Part shown: positions 12,969 to 25,505 of the stretch, in pieces
Position numbering within the stretch: the stretch's first letter is position 1
Layout of the letters: every line of letters starts with the position of its first letter
NCBI GenBank assembly: GCA_965153455.1
Contig: OZ234494.1
Coordinates: 8,928,001 to 8,992,000, forward strand
Direction: 5' to 3'
DNA length: 64,000 nt
Source: Sphagnum compactum
Lineage: Eukaryota
The notes under the pieces: generated by a model
The model's database searches: none
What the model was told of the DNA's origin: nothing
Seen by the model: only the letters and a program-made list of their open reading frames with translations
Program-made: the position numbers and the translations under genes

Positions 12969-14893
12969 TGTTGAAGATTATGATGTAGATGTTAGAAACG
13001 TAGATACTGGTGTGGTAGATAGTAGAAACAATGTGGTAGATAAGTGTTGCAAGCAATCAAAGACATAGGTAGATTTGAGAGGGCTTGGTGACAGCTAGGG
13101 TTAGGGTTTGGCGGCGGCTAGGATGAGGGCTTGGTGACGGCTAGGGTTAGGGTTTGGTGGCCGCTAGGGTTAGGCAGCGGCTAGGTTAGGGTTAAGTGGC
13201 GGCTACTTTAGGGTTAGTAGATAGTATATAAGGGTTTGGTTTGAGGAGTTTGAGAGTGCATTGAGGCAATTGCATGTAAGAGTGCTCATTAAGTATTAAT
13301 TAGCATTTGGTTGAGCGCATAAGTGGGTAGAGAGGTCGGATTTGAGTGCAAAATGGCATCGTTTGAGGGAGAGAGCGCTAAAGTCATTGACAAATTCAAT
13401 GGGGAGAACTTCAACCTTTGGAAGTTCAAGATGGAGATGGTGTTGGCCTCCATGGACCTTTGGGAGATTCTCGACGGGTCTGAGGAGGCTCCACCATCCA
13501 ATGCGGACCCCAAAGTCATCGAGGAGTACCAACGGCGCGCGAAGAAGGCCGTGTCCACCATTGGCATCAACTTGGTGGATAGTCAACTTCACCACATCAA
13601 GAGGTGCAAGGGACCCGCTGAGGCATGGAAGACACTTTGCAACATCCATGAGACGCGGAGCTTGTCCAACATCCTCTTCATTCGTCGCAAGTTCTTCACG
13701 TGCAAGATGCAAGAGGGAGAGGACCTTCTAGACCACATCAACAAGGTCAAGGCGCTTGCGGATCAAATTGCTTGTTTGGAGGTGCCCGTGAGGGATGAGG
13801 ATGTTGTGATGACCTTGCTTGAGAGCTTGTCACCCTCCTACGAGTACCTAATCACCGCCTTGGAGGCCTTGCCCATGCAAGACCTCACCATGGAGTTTGT
13901 GACCGCACGATTGATGCATGAAGTGTCCAAGAGGAAGGAGAAGGAGCCGCAAGGTGACGATGGTGTCAACGCAAGGAAGAGGAGGGACCACATCTACACG
14001 CAAAGACACGAAGACATGCTACTATTGTGGCAAACCGGGCCACATTGCACGATTTTGCTTCAAGGCCAAAAACAACAACAAGGAGAAGGAGAATGCCAAC
14101 AAAGCTAAGGACGATGATGACTATTCCTTTGCAACAAAGGATGGAGACCATTGCAAGGCCATATGCACGTGGATCATGGACTCGGGAGCCACCAAGCATA
14201 TGACCTCTCATAGAACCGCATTCGACACGTATGAGGTAATTCCAACACGCAACGTGCATACGGGTGATGATAGCATTGTTGAGGCAATTGGAATGGGGTC
14301 CATCCTTGTGGAAGTGATGGTGAAAGGGCGAACCAAAAAGATTAGAATCAAGGACGTGCTCCATGTGCCAAAATTGCATGCCAACTTGCTTTCGGTGAGC
14401 AAAATCTTGTCAAGTGGGTGCAAAGTGCAATTCAACATGACTGAGTGCATTGTGAGGGCATTTGATGGAAAGGTGATTGCAATAGCGCTACGCGAAGGCA
14501 ACTTGTATCAAGTGACCTTCACTAAGGTGTGTGAGGTGCATGTGGCCAACGTGGCCCAAACTTCAACAATTGATGGTGCATTGGAGCTTTGGCATCGCCG
14601 CCTCGATCATTTGAACGTCAAAGGTGTGCATGCGCTCCAAAACATGGTGAGTGGTATGAACCTTGGAAACATGCCTTGCCCTACATCTTCATTTGTTTGT
14701 GAAGGGTGCATTGAGGGAAAACAACATCGCAAACCATTTCCAAGCGATGGAGGGATGCGTGCCACCAAGCCCTTGGAGATTGTGCATTCGGACGTATGTG
14801 GCCCCATGAGGACCACATCCTTGGGTGGTGCAAGGTACTTTGTGACGTACATTGACGACTTTTCAAGGAAGGTGTGGGTGTACTTGTTGAAGT
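12969..14893 (+). mobile_element. Copia family B, 5' part, inserted into a family A LTR
   Basis: LTR begins TGTTGAAGATTATG at 12969 and matches the LTR at 33262-32860; R-U5-PBS deleted near 13250; truncated in integrase. Confidence 0.9.
13353..14893 (+). pseudogene. Family B gag-protease-integrase N-terminus
   Basis: MASFEGESAKVIDKFNGENFNLWKF gag; CYYCGKPGHIARFC knuckle; WIMDSGATKHM protease; VHSDVCGP integrase; frameshift near 13960. Confidence 0.92.
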
Positions 14894-14967
14894 CCCTAAA
14901 CCCTTCCTAAAACCTGTACAAGAAACTTGAAAAACTTCTCTTACACCTCAAACTTCAATGTTGAAAC

Positions 14968-15520
14968 TGTTTTTTTTGCATTTGAAGTTCAAAAAGGTAT
15001 TGTAAATCACTAATTGACACACCCATAGCTTTTTAAATCACTCAAAATGAACTTACAATGAAAAAGATATGGGGTTTCAAACTATAGAGGTTTAAAGTTT
15101 TTTTTTTCAAAACATTTGAAACAAAATATCACAGTTTTGAAAATTGATATTACATTATTTTTTCATTGTAAGTTCGTTTTGAAGATCAAAGATTGTAGAT
15201 CACTAGTTGCCGCACCCATAGCTTTTTAGATCACTCAAAATGGACCTAAAATGAAAAAGATATGGGGTTCAAACTTATAGAGGTTTAAAGTTTTTTTTTT
15301 CAAAACATTTGAAACAAAATATCACAATTTTGGTATTTGAGATTACATTATTTCTTCATTTCTTTGTTGTTTTGAAGATCAAAGAGATATTGTAGATCGC
15401 TAGTTGCCGCACCCATAGCAATTAGATCACTCAAAATGGACCTAAAATGAAAAAGATATGGGGTTTCAAACTATAGAAGTTTTAAGTTTTTTTTTCAAAG
15501 CATTCGAGACAAAATATCAA
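14968..15520. repeat. Tandem repeat, about 195-bp unit, about 3 copies
   Basis: AAAAAGATATGGGG recurs near 15061, 15256 and 15451, together with CACCCATAGC...ATCACTCAAAATG and TTTTTTTCAAAACATTTGAAACAAAATATC. Confidence 0.9.
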
Positions 15521-16442
15521 CTACAGTACAACTATAATTTTTATCCCATATTGTTTGTCATAGATTTCAAGTTTGTAAATTACATAATGAAGTTAGTGCA
15601 CTAAGTGTTTTCAAAAGGCGAAGTTGGCACCTAGGACAAACTAATAAGAAAGGTTTGACTTTAAAAGCCACATGGTGAAAAAAATGATTATCTAAAACTT
15701 ACTTGTCTACCATAAGCCTAAGTAACACTATGATCTACCTATTTACCTAGGCCTACCTACCTAGGTTTAAGTTAGGGAAGCTATATAAAATAGGTAGGCC
15801 TAAACCTATCTATTTATTTCTAGGTGGACCTACATACCTAAACCTAAGCTTGCACATAATTTTAAGTAGGGACACGTGTCAAAAAACTATTGTTTAGATT
15901 CTTTGCCTAAACATAAATCTAAGTAAGGCCATGTGGCAATAAACTAGTGGTTAGACTCTTTGATTGGTTTAACTATAACATAGTTAAAATTACAATTTGA
16001 TGACCTAATTAGAATGTAGTTGAAATTTTAACTCATTCTTTGATGACATCATGGTTTATTAGTGGATGAAGTTCATCCAAGGGAGGTTACCCCATACGAC
16101 AATTCCTAAAGTTGGAAAATAGTTGAAAGTTCAATTTTGAAATCTAGATGAAGGTGGATGAACTTCATCTAGAAGTCAAAAATGTTCTGTCAACTAAAAT
16201 GGTCTATCGCTTTCAACTAAAATCTTGTCACTTCAATGTTGGTTGAAAAATTAACATGTGTAGGTAGGTTTCGATTGTGGTGTGGGTTGGATTCAACATT
16301 GTCAACTATTTTAATAGGTAGTTGAAAACGTCGTTTTGAGTTGAAACAAACATTTTACAGTTGGAAGTGAGGTTTTCAATTTCAAAATGTAGTTGAAACA
16401 TAATTGAAACCATAGTTGAAAACCTTGGTTTTTCTCCTAGTG
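15521..16442 (-). mobile_element. Terminus of a non-autonomous CACTA (En/Spm-like) element; left boundary uncertain
   Basis: Minus strand begins CACTAGGAGAAAAACC at 16442; many subterminal AGTTGAAA/TTTCAACT motifs at 16018-16420; it interrupts a transposase-like relic exactly at this point. The second TIR was not found. Confidence 0.6.
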
Positions 16443-18070
16443 TCTCCACTGGACAAAGGGGAATTTGTCTACACCATAAGAAATGCATTGACCATACAAA
16501 CATTCTTTCTCCTCAAGTTTTTCACACATAATCATTTGCCACAGTTCTGTAGTGTCTTTATACATTTTGGATGAGGCACCATATGAGGACTGAGTGAAAA
16601 CAAACAGATGAACATCGACATTTGCACTCATCACTATGGTGAAGTGAGGATTTTACCCTCATATTGTTCAAACCCAATCATAATTCTTCCATCTCAACAT
16701 GATATATGCAGCAACATGTATTTTGTTCCTTCATTGGCTTCACAAAGAACTATTTAAGCCCTTCAAATTCCATTTTCCAACAATGTGTTCTAGATGCACT
16801 AATTTGAATTTCAAATAAAACTCTGCCTACACAATAATAAACCAACAACACACAACAAACTTATGAGGGCCTAAGCTCATTATGACACATGTGGTTTTAG
16901 TCCTTCATGCAAATATACATTTGGGTCCAGCAATTAATGGGCTCTACCACTTGAAACACTTCATGTAATATATATTCATGCTTCTAGTTCCTAAAAATAC
17001 TTCTATACATTTATGGAGTTGCCACCACATAGAATGACAAATATACAAAACAATCCCATAGGCCACAATAATCTCCACAAATGTCACCATAGGGAACTTA
17101 ATGGACTACATGGACAAAGTCTATGGACTTTTAATTCAAGGCTACACATGAGTCCATATGTAGGATGTAAAAATTTCACAATAATACATGCAAACTCCAC
17201 TGATGGTACACAAAAATCTATGAATGTTTAACTAGTCTATAAGTGCAAGTGGCATATTCCATCAAACTACATCAAACTCAACATCTATATATAAGAAGTC
17301 AAAGGTCATAACTATACATTCAAACTCTACTAATGCTACACAAAAGTCCACTATACATTCAACTAGACTTGAAATGTCTAGGTGTGTTCCATCAAAGTAC
17401 ATCAAATTTACATCAAACTTCTAGTTTGCACTATATCACTCCATCAAAGTTAACTTACCTTGAACCTTATGTATTGTAAATGACACTTGGGGACTTTCTA
17501 GTCCATATTATACATAAATCCATACATGTGCAAAGGGATTCAAATTGACACAAAACTACCTTCAAACTGAATTATGGTACATAGATTAATTTTAACAATC
17601 ATTCATGATATTGAAAATAACTTGGAAAGATTATAATACTCGAGTCTCCATTAAATAGTGTGTAGGTTTCTCATCCCACACTCTAGCCTCGAGGCGTTTT
17701 ATTGTCACATCAGCTTTGTTGGGACTCACTCATGTTTCAAATGCCCACTAAACAAAGGTAGCAGTTTTGGCAACAGCTATGCAACCATCATTCCTTCTCC
17801 TTCTAATAAACAATGACCACAAAGCATCACCTACATCACTAGTGATCTTGCGCCTTTGCATTGCAATTGATATATTTTGAGGATGGACATTAAGGACTTT
17901 TGCAATGTTTCTCATAAAAGAAGTTGGCCCTACACTGATAGTAGCAAAAAAGAATAACATGTTTTGAAGCCAATTTGGCATTAGAATTAGCATGTTTAAT
18001 TTCTTCCAAAGATCTATTCATTCCTTCCATAACTTCTTTTTGTCCAATGGGCAAGTCTTGTACGTAACAC
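16443..18070 (-). pseudogene. Spliced, Cys-rich DNA-transposase-like relic (possibly Sola-type)
   Basis: Exon reads F-V-*-W-A-F-E-T-*-VSPNKADVTIKRLEARVWDEKPTHYLMET, then GT near 17638 and AG near 16828. The next exon reads FEGLK*FFVKPMKEQNTCCCIYHVEM...TELWQMIMCEK...ECLYGQC...PLCPVE. Family assignment is inference. Confidence 0.55.
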
Positions 18071-19363
18071 ATAGTCTGGTGTGTTGATTCTAATCTTTGG
18101 ATTCTTTGTGCATCACCATTTTTCTACTAATAGGACCGAGGCAAATTACTAGGGCCTTCCTCATAAGTTCTACGCAATTAGTTGCTACCTTTCGTTGCTC
18201 ACACTCATCCATGGTAGGTTTAGGTTGTACAAAGGTCGTATTATCCATCTACTCTCTAATTAAATCACTTTGACAACGATTCAATCGATACTTTCATTGG
18301 CATTCCCTATTCTTCAAGCCCTTTGTTGAACCTCTTATGATTCCAATTTGTGTTGAGTATGCCTTCCCCCACGAGCTCACTTCTCTTTCAATTTTTTTGA
18401 AGCCATCTTTCATGCTTGTATTCTGCAACTCAAATTGTGTTCATGTTGTTTTCGCAGCAAAAAAAATTCAGATCCAACATATATTAGAAGAAAAACAATA
18501 AAGAAACCATAACCTTAAAAATATGGAAACAACTTTACATTTAGTTAAACCAATAATTCAACATATAGCTAATGCAAAAAGGGCAATAAAATATCCTCAT
18601 GTGAGTTCGAACAAGCTTGTGAAATAAGCTTCATTTCAATTTAGGTTTTGCCTTATATAATAAATAATTCAACCCAGACCAAAACATACACATAAATACT
18701 TATGCAAAATCTTAAAATTCCAATCTAAAGTCACAAACCACCATTTCCTTGCATTCAATGGTGATTCCTAAATATGTATATCTAGATTGTTGAGAAGACA
18801 CATATTAATCCCACTGACCCAACTTCTAAGATTGAAAGGTATTGGTGTATTCGAATGTTTCCAGCTACCCTAGATAGAATTGAAGCTCAATAAATAGGTC
18901 AATTTTGCCCAATCCTTCTCCAATAGCTAAAGAACTTTTGATCATTATTTGAAAAATAATTGTGTCAATTTGTAGTCCTTTACATCAATTTTGTGTCCCC
19001 TACGAAGAAATCACAAAGTAATGGAGGAATGAGAAATGAGAACCAACCTACTTTTGGTGCTTGTAGATGTGCCAAGAGCTAAATTGGCAGTGATTTGTGA
19101 CTTTGAAGTTGGTGATTTTGCACAAAATAGAACTCCTATAATATAAGAGAATTATTCAGATATTTTTGGTATGTCCTAGGTTCAAAATGCTTGTATATAA
19201 TGATAATGTCCAAGATTAGTGACACATTTGTATTCATAGTTACTTTTTAATTTAGTACCTTCCTCTAGCTTAAAGGCTTATTTAGGTCAACAGACATGAT
19301 GTCCCCCTTGATTTGCTTCCGGGACTTCTCCCATATATTTTTGTTCCTGCATTATCTGACCTA

Positions 19364-20026
19364 TCATATATATTAATTCAGTAAGTCCGTTTGTTTGTGA
19401 CGGGGGTTTTGGGGGGTGGGGGAGGGAAAGGCCGGTGAAGCAGCAAGCGATGCCCAACACTACGTCTGTTTGTCTATGACAAGGCGTTCCGACCCGTTAA
19501 TAGTCTTGCGAGGCCGATTCTACTGCAAAAGCATTTTCTATGTTTTAACACTATGGCAGAACCGGCCGTAGCTGACTGTCTGTCTGTGACGGGGGTTTTG
19601 GGGGGTGGGGGAGGGAGAGGCCGGTGAAGCAGCGGGCGACCACCACGGTTTCTGCACCGGCCAGGTGTACAAACCAGGACCTGATCTCCACAAAGCATCG
19701 CAGTCGTCTGAAGGGAAGGAATGACGGTCGGATCGCATCCCTCTCCCACCGCACCAGAGGTGGATATAAAAACCTTCCCCTCCCCCCCCCCCACTACCGA
19801 AAGAACCGGCGGTTATATAGAGGAGCGTGTTTTCGAAAATTTCCAAAACTTTCCCGGGGTTTTGGGTTTTCTCACCCCCGTCGAGTAAGGGAGTAAATAC
19901 CCGGACTGATAACCTGAGGGTACACACGGCTAGTTCTGATACCCGCACAATGTCGGTCGGGACCACTGCGCTAAGTCACAATATTGTTTTTATCTGTGGG
20001 TGTCCGAAGGTCATGGGTACCACTAG
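19364..20026 (+). mobile_element. Non-autonomous Helitron-like element (about 660 bp)
   Basis: A|TCATATATATTAATT 5' end; imperfect hairpin TATCTGTG...CATGGGTA followed by CTAG|T 3' end; no TSD; GC-rich relative to its flanks. Confidence 0.6.
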
Positions 20027-20854
20027 TTCATCTTTATTTACAACAGATCAAATAATAAATATCAGATCTTTCAAGATAACACACCCAATGCGGGTTCCAA
20101 AATAACACACACTAAGAAAAAAAACTCAGGTATAGCTAGGAATGATGCCCCTTTTGTAGGGAGGGATCACATTCATATGGAATGGGTGGAACATGACATA
20201 CAGTCAAATGCTTTAAAGAAATCGGTGATGACAAAGTTTGTCATGGTTTGCTTAATCTTTGCCCCATCAAGGACCAATGCTTGTGCTTTTCCCAATGCAT
20301 TTGTTTTGTAATAATTAGCAACACAAGAAAGTACACTAGATTAGCTTCTTCATGTTTGAAATCACAAACCCTATTTATGAGGCAACAATATCCAATGGAT
20401 TAGTTAATTAATTGCTTCACTATGGTAAACAAAAAACACATGATAAACAAGTTTGTTGACCTTATAAAGACAGTTCAAGACAAACCCACTTACCTTTCAT
20501 CCTCAAACTTCATAATGACATTACTTGTGGATTTTGTGAAGAAAGTCCATTCACATATGCAACACAATAGCACTAATAGTTGTTTAGAACTTTGATGAGT
20601 GGATTCCTTCATACCAATAACAAAAGCAAGCTACATGTATAAATCGCAAAGAATTCACATGGATAGACGATTGATACATTTATAATGAAACCCAACATCA
20701 CCATGTAAACATCACTATGACTGAAACAAGACCTTTGCATTGTATGTATATGCTAGAGCGAGAGAGAAGATGGAGATAGAAAGGAATATAAAACAAGGAC
20801 CTTGGGTAATGATGTGGGGATCCACTTGAGGCTCAAGAATGCTAGTCTTTTATG

Positions 20855-21440
20855 GAAGAGTTCCTCTCCCAAGGCATTGGAGATAGATTCCATAGCTCCT
20901 TTTCCTATAAAGCAGCTATACCATGGGCTGCTTGTTTTTCATCAAAATCACTTTTCCACTATAACTAAGTGAGGACTGTTCTTTGTTGAACTACCCCCTG
21001 GTAGCATTTGCAAGCTATGGAAATGCTTGCAAGCCTAATGGTTTCTTAACTACCTGAATCATGAAAATTAGGTTCACACACTAGAGTTGATATTTGAATT
21101 GTAAAGAAATAGTCTATGTTAGTGCCAATGCCATGTCAACAACCACTGATTTAATTGGAAACTTGATGTAATTTTTCAGGAAAGTTGAGCTTCAACATCC
21201 ACAAGACAAATACAACTTCCACAATTATGAACAAAAACACCAAAGCTAAGACTTTGAGAGGTCTATCACAACTGTTTGATGGAAGGAAAGATTTTAAGCT
21301 CCACATAACGATCACCAAGGAATATGTGACACCAAAGTAAGATGCTTACCAAGTGATCATCCTCACAGAGGATTTGAAGGCTAAAGGGTTCCTCTGGTTC
21401 TTGCCAGGGGTGCTTGACATACTCCAGACATGTTCCATTT
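20855..21440 (-). pseudogene. RluA-family RNA pseudouridine synthase fragment (plant PUS5-like), two exons
   Basis: Exon 21440-21350 (NGTCLEYVKHPWQEPEEPFSLQILCEDDHL), GT-AG intron 21349-21054, then exon VVKKPLGLQ..MLPGVVQQRTVLT*L*W...CLGRGT. Resembles the plant motifs PW.EP...LYEDD..NKPSGLQVLPGGLFQQRTVL and HRLGRGTSG; contains stops. Confidence 0.78.
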
Positions 21441-24238
21441 CTACAAGAACCTTTTCTATACAATTTAAATCCCTTTCACAACTTGTCCATGTCCATTCAA
21501 AGTTTCAAGCACACATTGAAACATAGTTCTATGAGTCAAGAGGATTTTAGAAACCATTCTGAAGGAGTCAACCAAACTTGAGTGCTAGAAACTCCTACCA
21601 TTGGAGAAATTACACACTCAGGATGTGTGCTAACAATTTAAAAACCCCTGGAAGTTGAGCATAGCACTTAGAGTTTCTTACTAAAACCCTTTAGATGCGA
21701 CTTTTCAACCTCAACTTATTTTTGTAAGCAAGATAAGTGACCTCAAGAAATTGAAAGCATAAAATTTTGAGGGTTATGGGTTTAGGGTCAAGGATTTGCA
21801 CACACATGGGAACCTATGAGTACTTGAGTATGGAGTTTGATGTCACTACATAACATTACCATCAACACGCATTTGTTTGCAGTGTTATTGGGGATTCAAT
21901 CCTTTGTATATTCCATTAAGAGAAACACTTGGAAAAAAAAAAAACACCAAATAAAAGGTGATTTGAAGTGCACATGACTATTAAAGATTCTTTGCAACCA
22001 TCTGCTTCCCACCCCCAACACATGAACAAGAAGCACATTCCCTAGTAGATTGAGGCAAAGACCTAAATTAAAACAATGATGTGGTGAGCAATTTTAAAGC
22101 TTCTTTTAGTTTTGATTGCAACTAAAATGCGACACTTGAAAGCTGAAAAAATGACTGAAACATATTTTGCACTATCACAAGTTTGCAATGCAATTGAAAA
22201 AAGGTGTCAAAAGTCACTACCAAGGAATCAAAATTCTTGACCTACCCTTGTTTTTGTTGACTCCTTATATCTCAACGAATAAAAATTCAACATGCTCTGA
22301 GTTGCAAAGTTTTGCCAGATATTTCATCATATGCATTTCCATCATGACTCCTTGATTCCTTCCTATCTACAATTCAATTCCAAACTAGCAAAAGATTACG
22401 AATACATCCAGGTAGATCCACATTCATAAGGTGATGAGATGGTCATATACTGAAAAACAAATGAGAAAGGAGAAACAAAACACAGCTTTTAGAGACTACA
22501 TTTTAGCATACAAAAACTTTTTAACTACTATTGTTGGTGTGCAAATCACCTTCTTGGCAAGACGTAACAACAACATCAAAATTTTGATAATAATGTTAAT
22601 AAAAAAAAATGGAATGTAGTGGAAGAAAAAAATGCCACAAAATGTGCACACCCTCTTACAACTTTTTTTTTGAGACAGAAAGGTCTTTGAGTTCACTCTT
22701 AGGTGCAGGGTTCAGGGTTTGAAGGAAGAAAATGGATAGTTATGGATTTAGGGTATAGGATTTACACATAGATGAGGGTAATTCTAAGTACCTAAGTATG
22801 GAGTCTACTGGACACTCTATGAGTTTGCCATCAACACGTATTTGTTTGCATTATCTATTTGTCAAAAATCCACTTGCTCTACTTAGAAGGCAACCCTCCA
22901 AAATCCTACAACAACTAGAAGAAAGAGTTATTTGTATGGAGGTATTTGTTTTTCTACCCATTGTAGCAAGGGCACAAGGGCATCTAAAATTGTAGTTTGG
23001 ATATGTGAACAAATTCTGCCAGAGAACGAATTATTCCATAAATTTACTGACATTTTTTTTCTTAAATGTTTTGCAATTTGGGGGTCTTCAAATAGAATAA
23101 ATGACAATAAAGAAACCAAAATGTGAAAGAGGATACCTGAGAAACTAACATCTACATAAGGGATTGCACTACGAATGACAAAGATAAAAAGAAACTCAAG
23201 AAAATATACAAAGGGAAAATCATGTAAAAGTAGGTAGCTTTATGCAAGGATTGTTGGACCCATCAAGAAACCCAATAGAAACATTCAAAAGAAAGGTTTG
23301 TAAAAAAGAAAGAAAGAACTTGAAGACAAAGATGGAGTTGCAAGAACATGGAAATGGAGAGGTTCAGGGACCAAACAAACTCTGCAAACATTCAGTTGCA
23401 TTACTTTCCAATTTTGTGCAAAAGATAATTGAACCCTGCTATAACTACATTCATGGGGAAAAAACTTGTAGACATTCAAAAGGTTGCATATGTGATGAAA
23501 ACCCTAGATTGGGTGGACTTACCTAATCAAGGAAAAATAGTTTGCTAGAATCCTTTGTTTTCTTGAACTCTTGCCTGAAAATGCACTTTGAAGTTCCAAC
23601 ACCTTTGTTAAAGCTGAATCAAAGCTTAACAGCTTCCAACTAGGAGACGCTCTTTTGAAAGATTTGCAAAGAATCCAATTTGTTCATGTGACCTTAAACA
23701 ATGTCCAGTGTCTGTTTGTGGACCATACCTTAACAACTCTCTAACTTCTTGAGCTAACAACCCTTGTTAACAACAACTTTCCTTGCCATCTAGTACAAGT
23801 GCCTTGTAAACCTAAGCAACAAACAAACACATTAGCCCTAAAGCTTCATTACCTATAGCAATAGTGCCATGGGAGTTAGGGTTTAGGGTTAAAAAATAAT
23901 TTCCTAATTATATATAAGAAAACAATTTTATCTATCTTAAACCCTGATTCTAGATATATTATCTCGCCCATATTGCACTAGAAGGTTGTAATAGAAGAAG
24001 GGTTATTGTTGAGAACCATGTATTAATGTACCTTGGCAAAACCCCCAACGCAGTCTAGTTCTTCTTCCTAAATTTGTCAATTGTAAGTCGAAGTTCCTTG
24101 TACCTGAATGTGAGGTTGGGTTTGAGGAGAAGCGGCTAAGTCTTTTTGGAGTTGAGTTATGGAATTTGAGAAGTGGGTATTACGTCAAATAGTTTTTTCA
24201 TACATTGCGCAAAGCAGCCCCAAAAGAAGGCACAGATC

Positions 24239-24848
24239 TATTGGAAACAACTTGAAAACAAGCAAGAAATGAAAGCTTCAAGGTTCATGAAATGAAACAA
24301 TTGTATTAACTAACAAGAAGATTACAAAGGCTATGTATGTCAAATGCTACAACCACACAACTATGGCTTGTAACAACTAACAACGCTTGAAGGTTCTATG
24401 TGCACTCAAAAACTATGAAAGACTCCTCAGAACCACTCCAATAATTATTATCCCCTAACCCTAAAGTAGCCACCACTTAACCCTAAACTAGTCGTTGCCT
24501 AACCATAGCCACCACTACACCCGAACCGTAGCCGCCACCAAACCCTAAGTAGCCTCCATTTCCAAACCCTAACCACCACTATTCAACCTAATCTAACTAC
24601 TACAGGATGTGAATACTAGTCATCCTTTTGATGAATGTTTAACACATTCATCAACATTGGGAATTAGAAACGAATAATATTTCTAACACTCCCACTTTAT
24701 GAGGTTTCTAATCTGAACATGTTTATCAACTTATGATGTCGTTCTTCGGATAATGCCTTTTTAAGGACATCCGCCACCATGTGTTCCGTTGGACAATATT
24801 CAAATTGAACTTCTCCATTTTCAACTCATTTTCGAACAAAATGATGTT
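24239..24848 (-). mobile_element. Family A 3' LTR, PPT and RNase H C-terminus
   Basis: LTR 24239-24688; PPT (minus strand AAAGTGGGAG) adjacent; reverse complement of the pol C-terminus up to about 24848. Confidence 0.92.
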
Positions 24849-25505
24849 GTGCGGGCCAATGAAGACTACATCGCATGGTGGAGCGCGATACTTTCTCACT
24901 TTCATTGACGATTTCTCAAGGAAAACCCATGTTTATCTTTTGAAGACCAAAGGAGAAGCGTTTTAAAAATTCAAACAATACAAGGCATTGGTGGAGAATG
25001 AAATTGGTCGCAAAATCAAAGTGCTACGATTAGACAATGGAGGAGAATTTGTGTTCATGAAGTTTGACGCATTTCTTGCGGAATGTGGAATTCAACGACA
25101 AACAAGTGCGCCTTATTCCCCAGAACAAAATGGTGATGCAGAACGTGCCAATAGAATCATCATGGAATGTGTGAGAAACATGATTCTTGCACAAGGGTTG
25201 GAACTTGAATTTGGGGTGAAGCGGTGAACACGGCGGTGTACATCAAAAATCGATGTCCCACCAAGGCTCTTGATTCCAAGACCCCTCAAGAAGCATGGAG
25301 TGGTAGGAAACCCGATGTGTCTCATTTGAGAGTCTTTGGTTATAAAGCCTTTGCACATGTCCCCGATGACAAGACGACCAAATTAGAGTCCAAGTCCATG
25401 CCTTGTGTGTTTTTAGGGTATTATGAAGGCACGAAAGCATATCGCTTGATGTGTGTAGAAACCAAGAGAATCATTAAAAGTAGAGATGTCGTGTTCATTG
25501 AAGTG
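24849..25505 (+). pseudogene. Family A1 integrase core fragment
   Basis: CGPMKTTSHGGARYF...LRLDNGGEF...SRDVVFIE with a stop and a frameshift; fused in inverted orientation to the preceding RNase H piece. Confidence 0.9.

Noticed and set aside
19474-20105. Protein-coding ORFs in the GC-rich island
   Set aside because: Overlapping low-complexity ORFs on both strands within the Helitron-like element.
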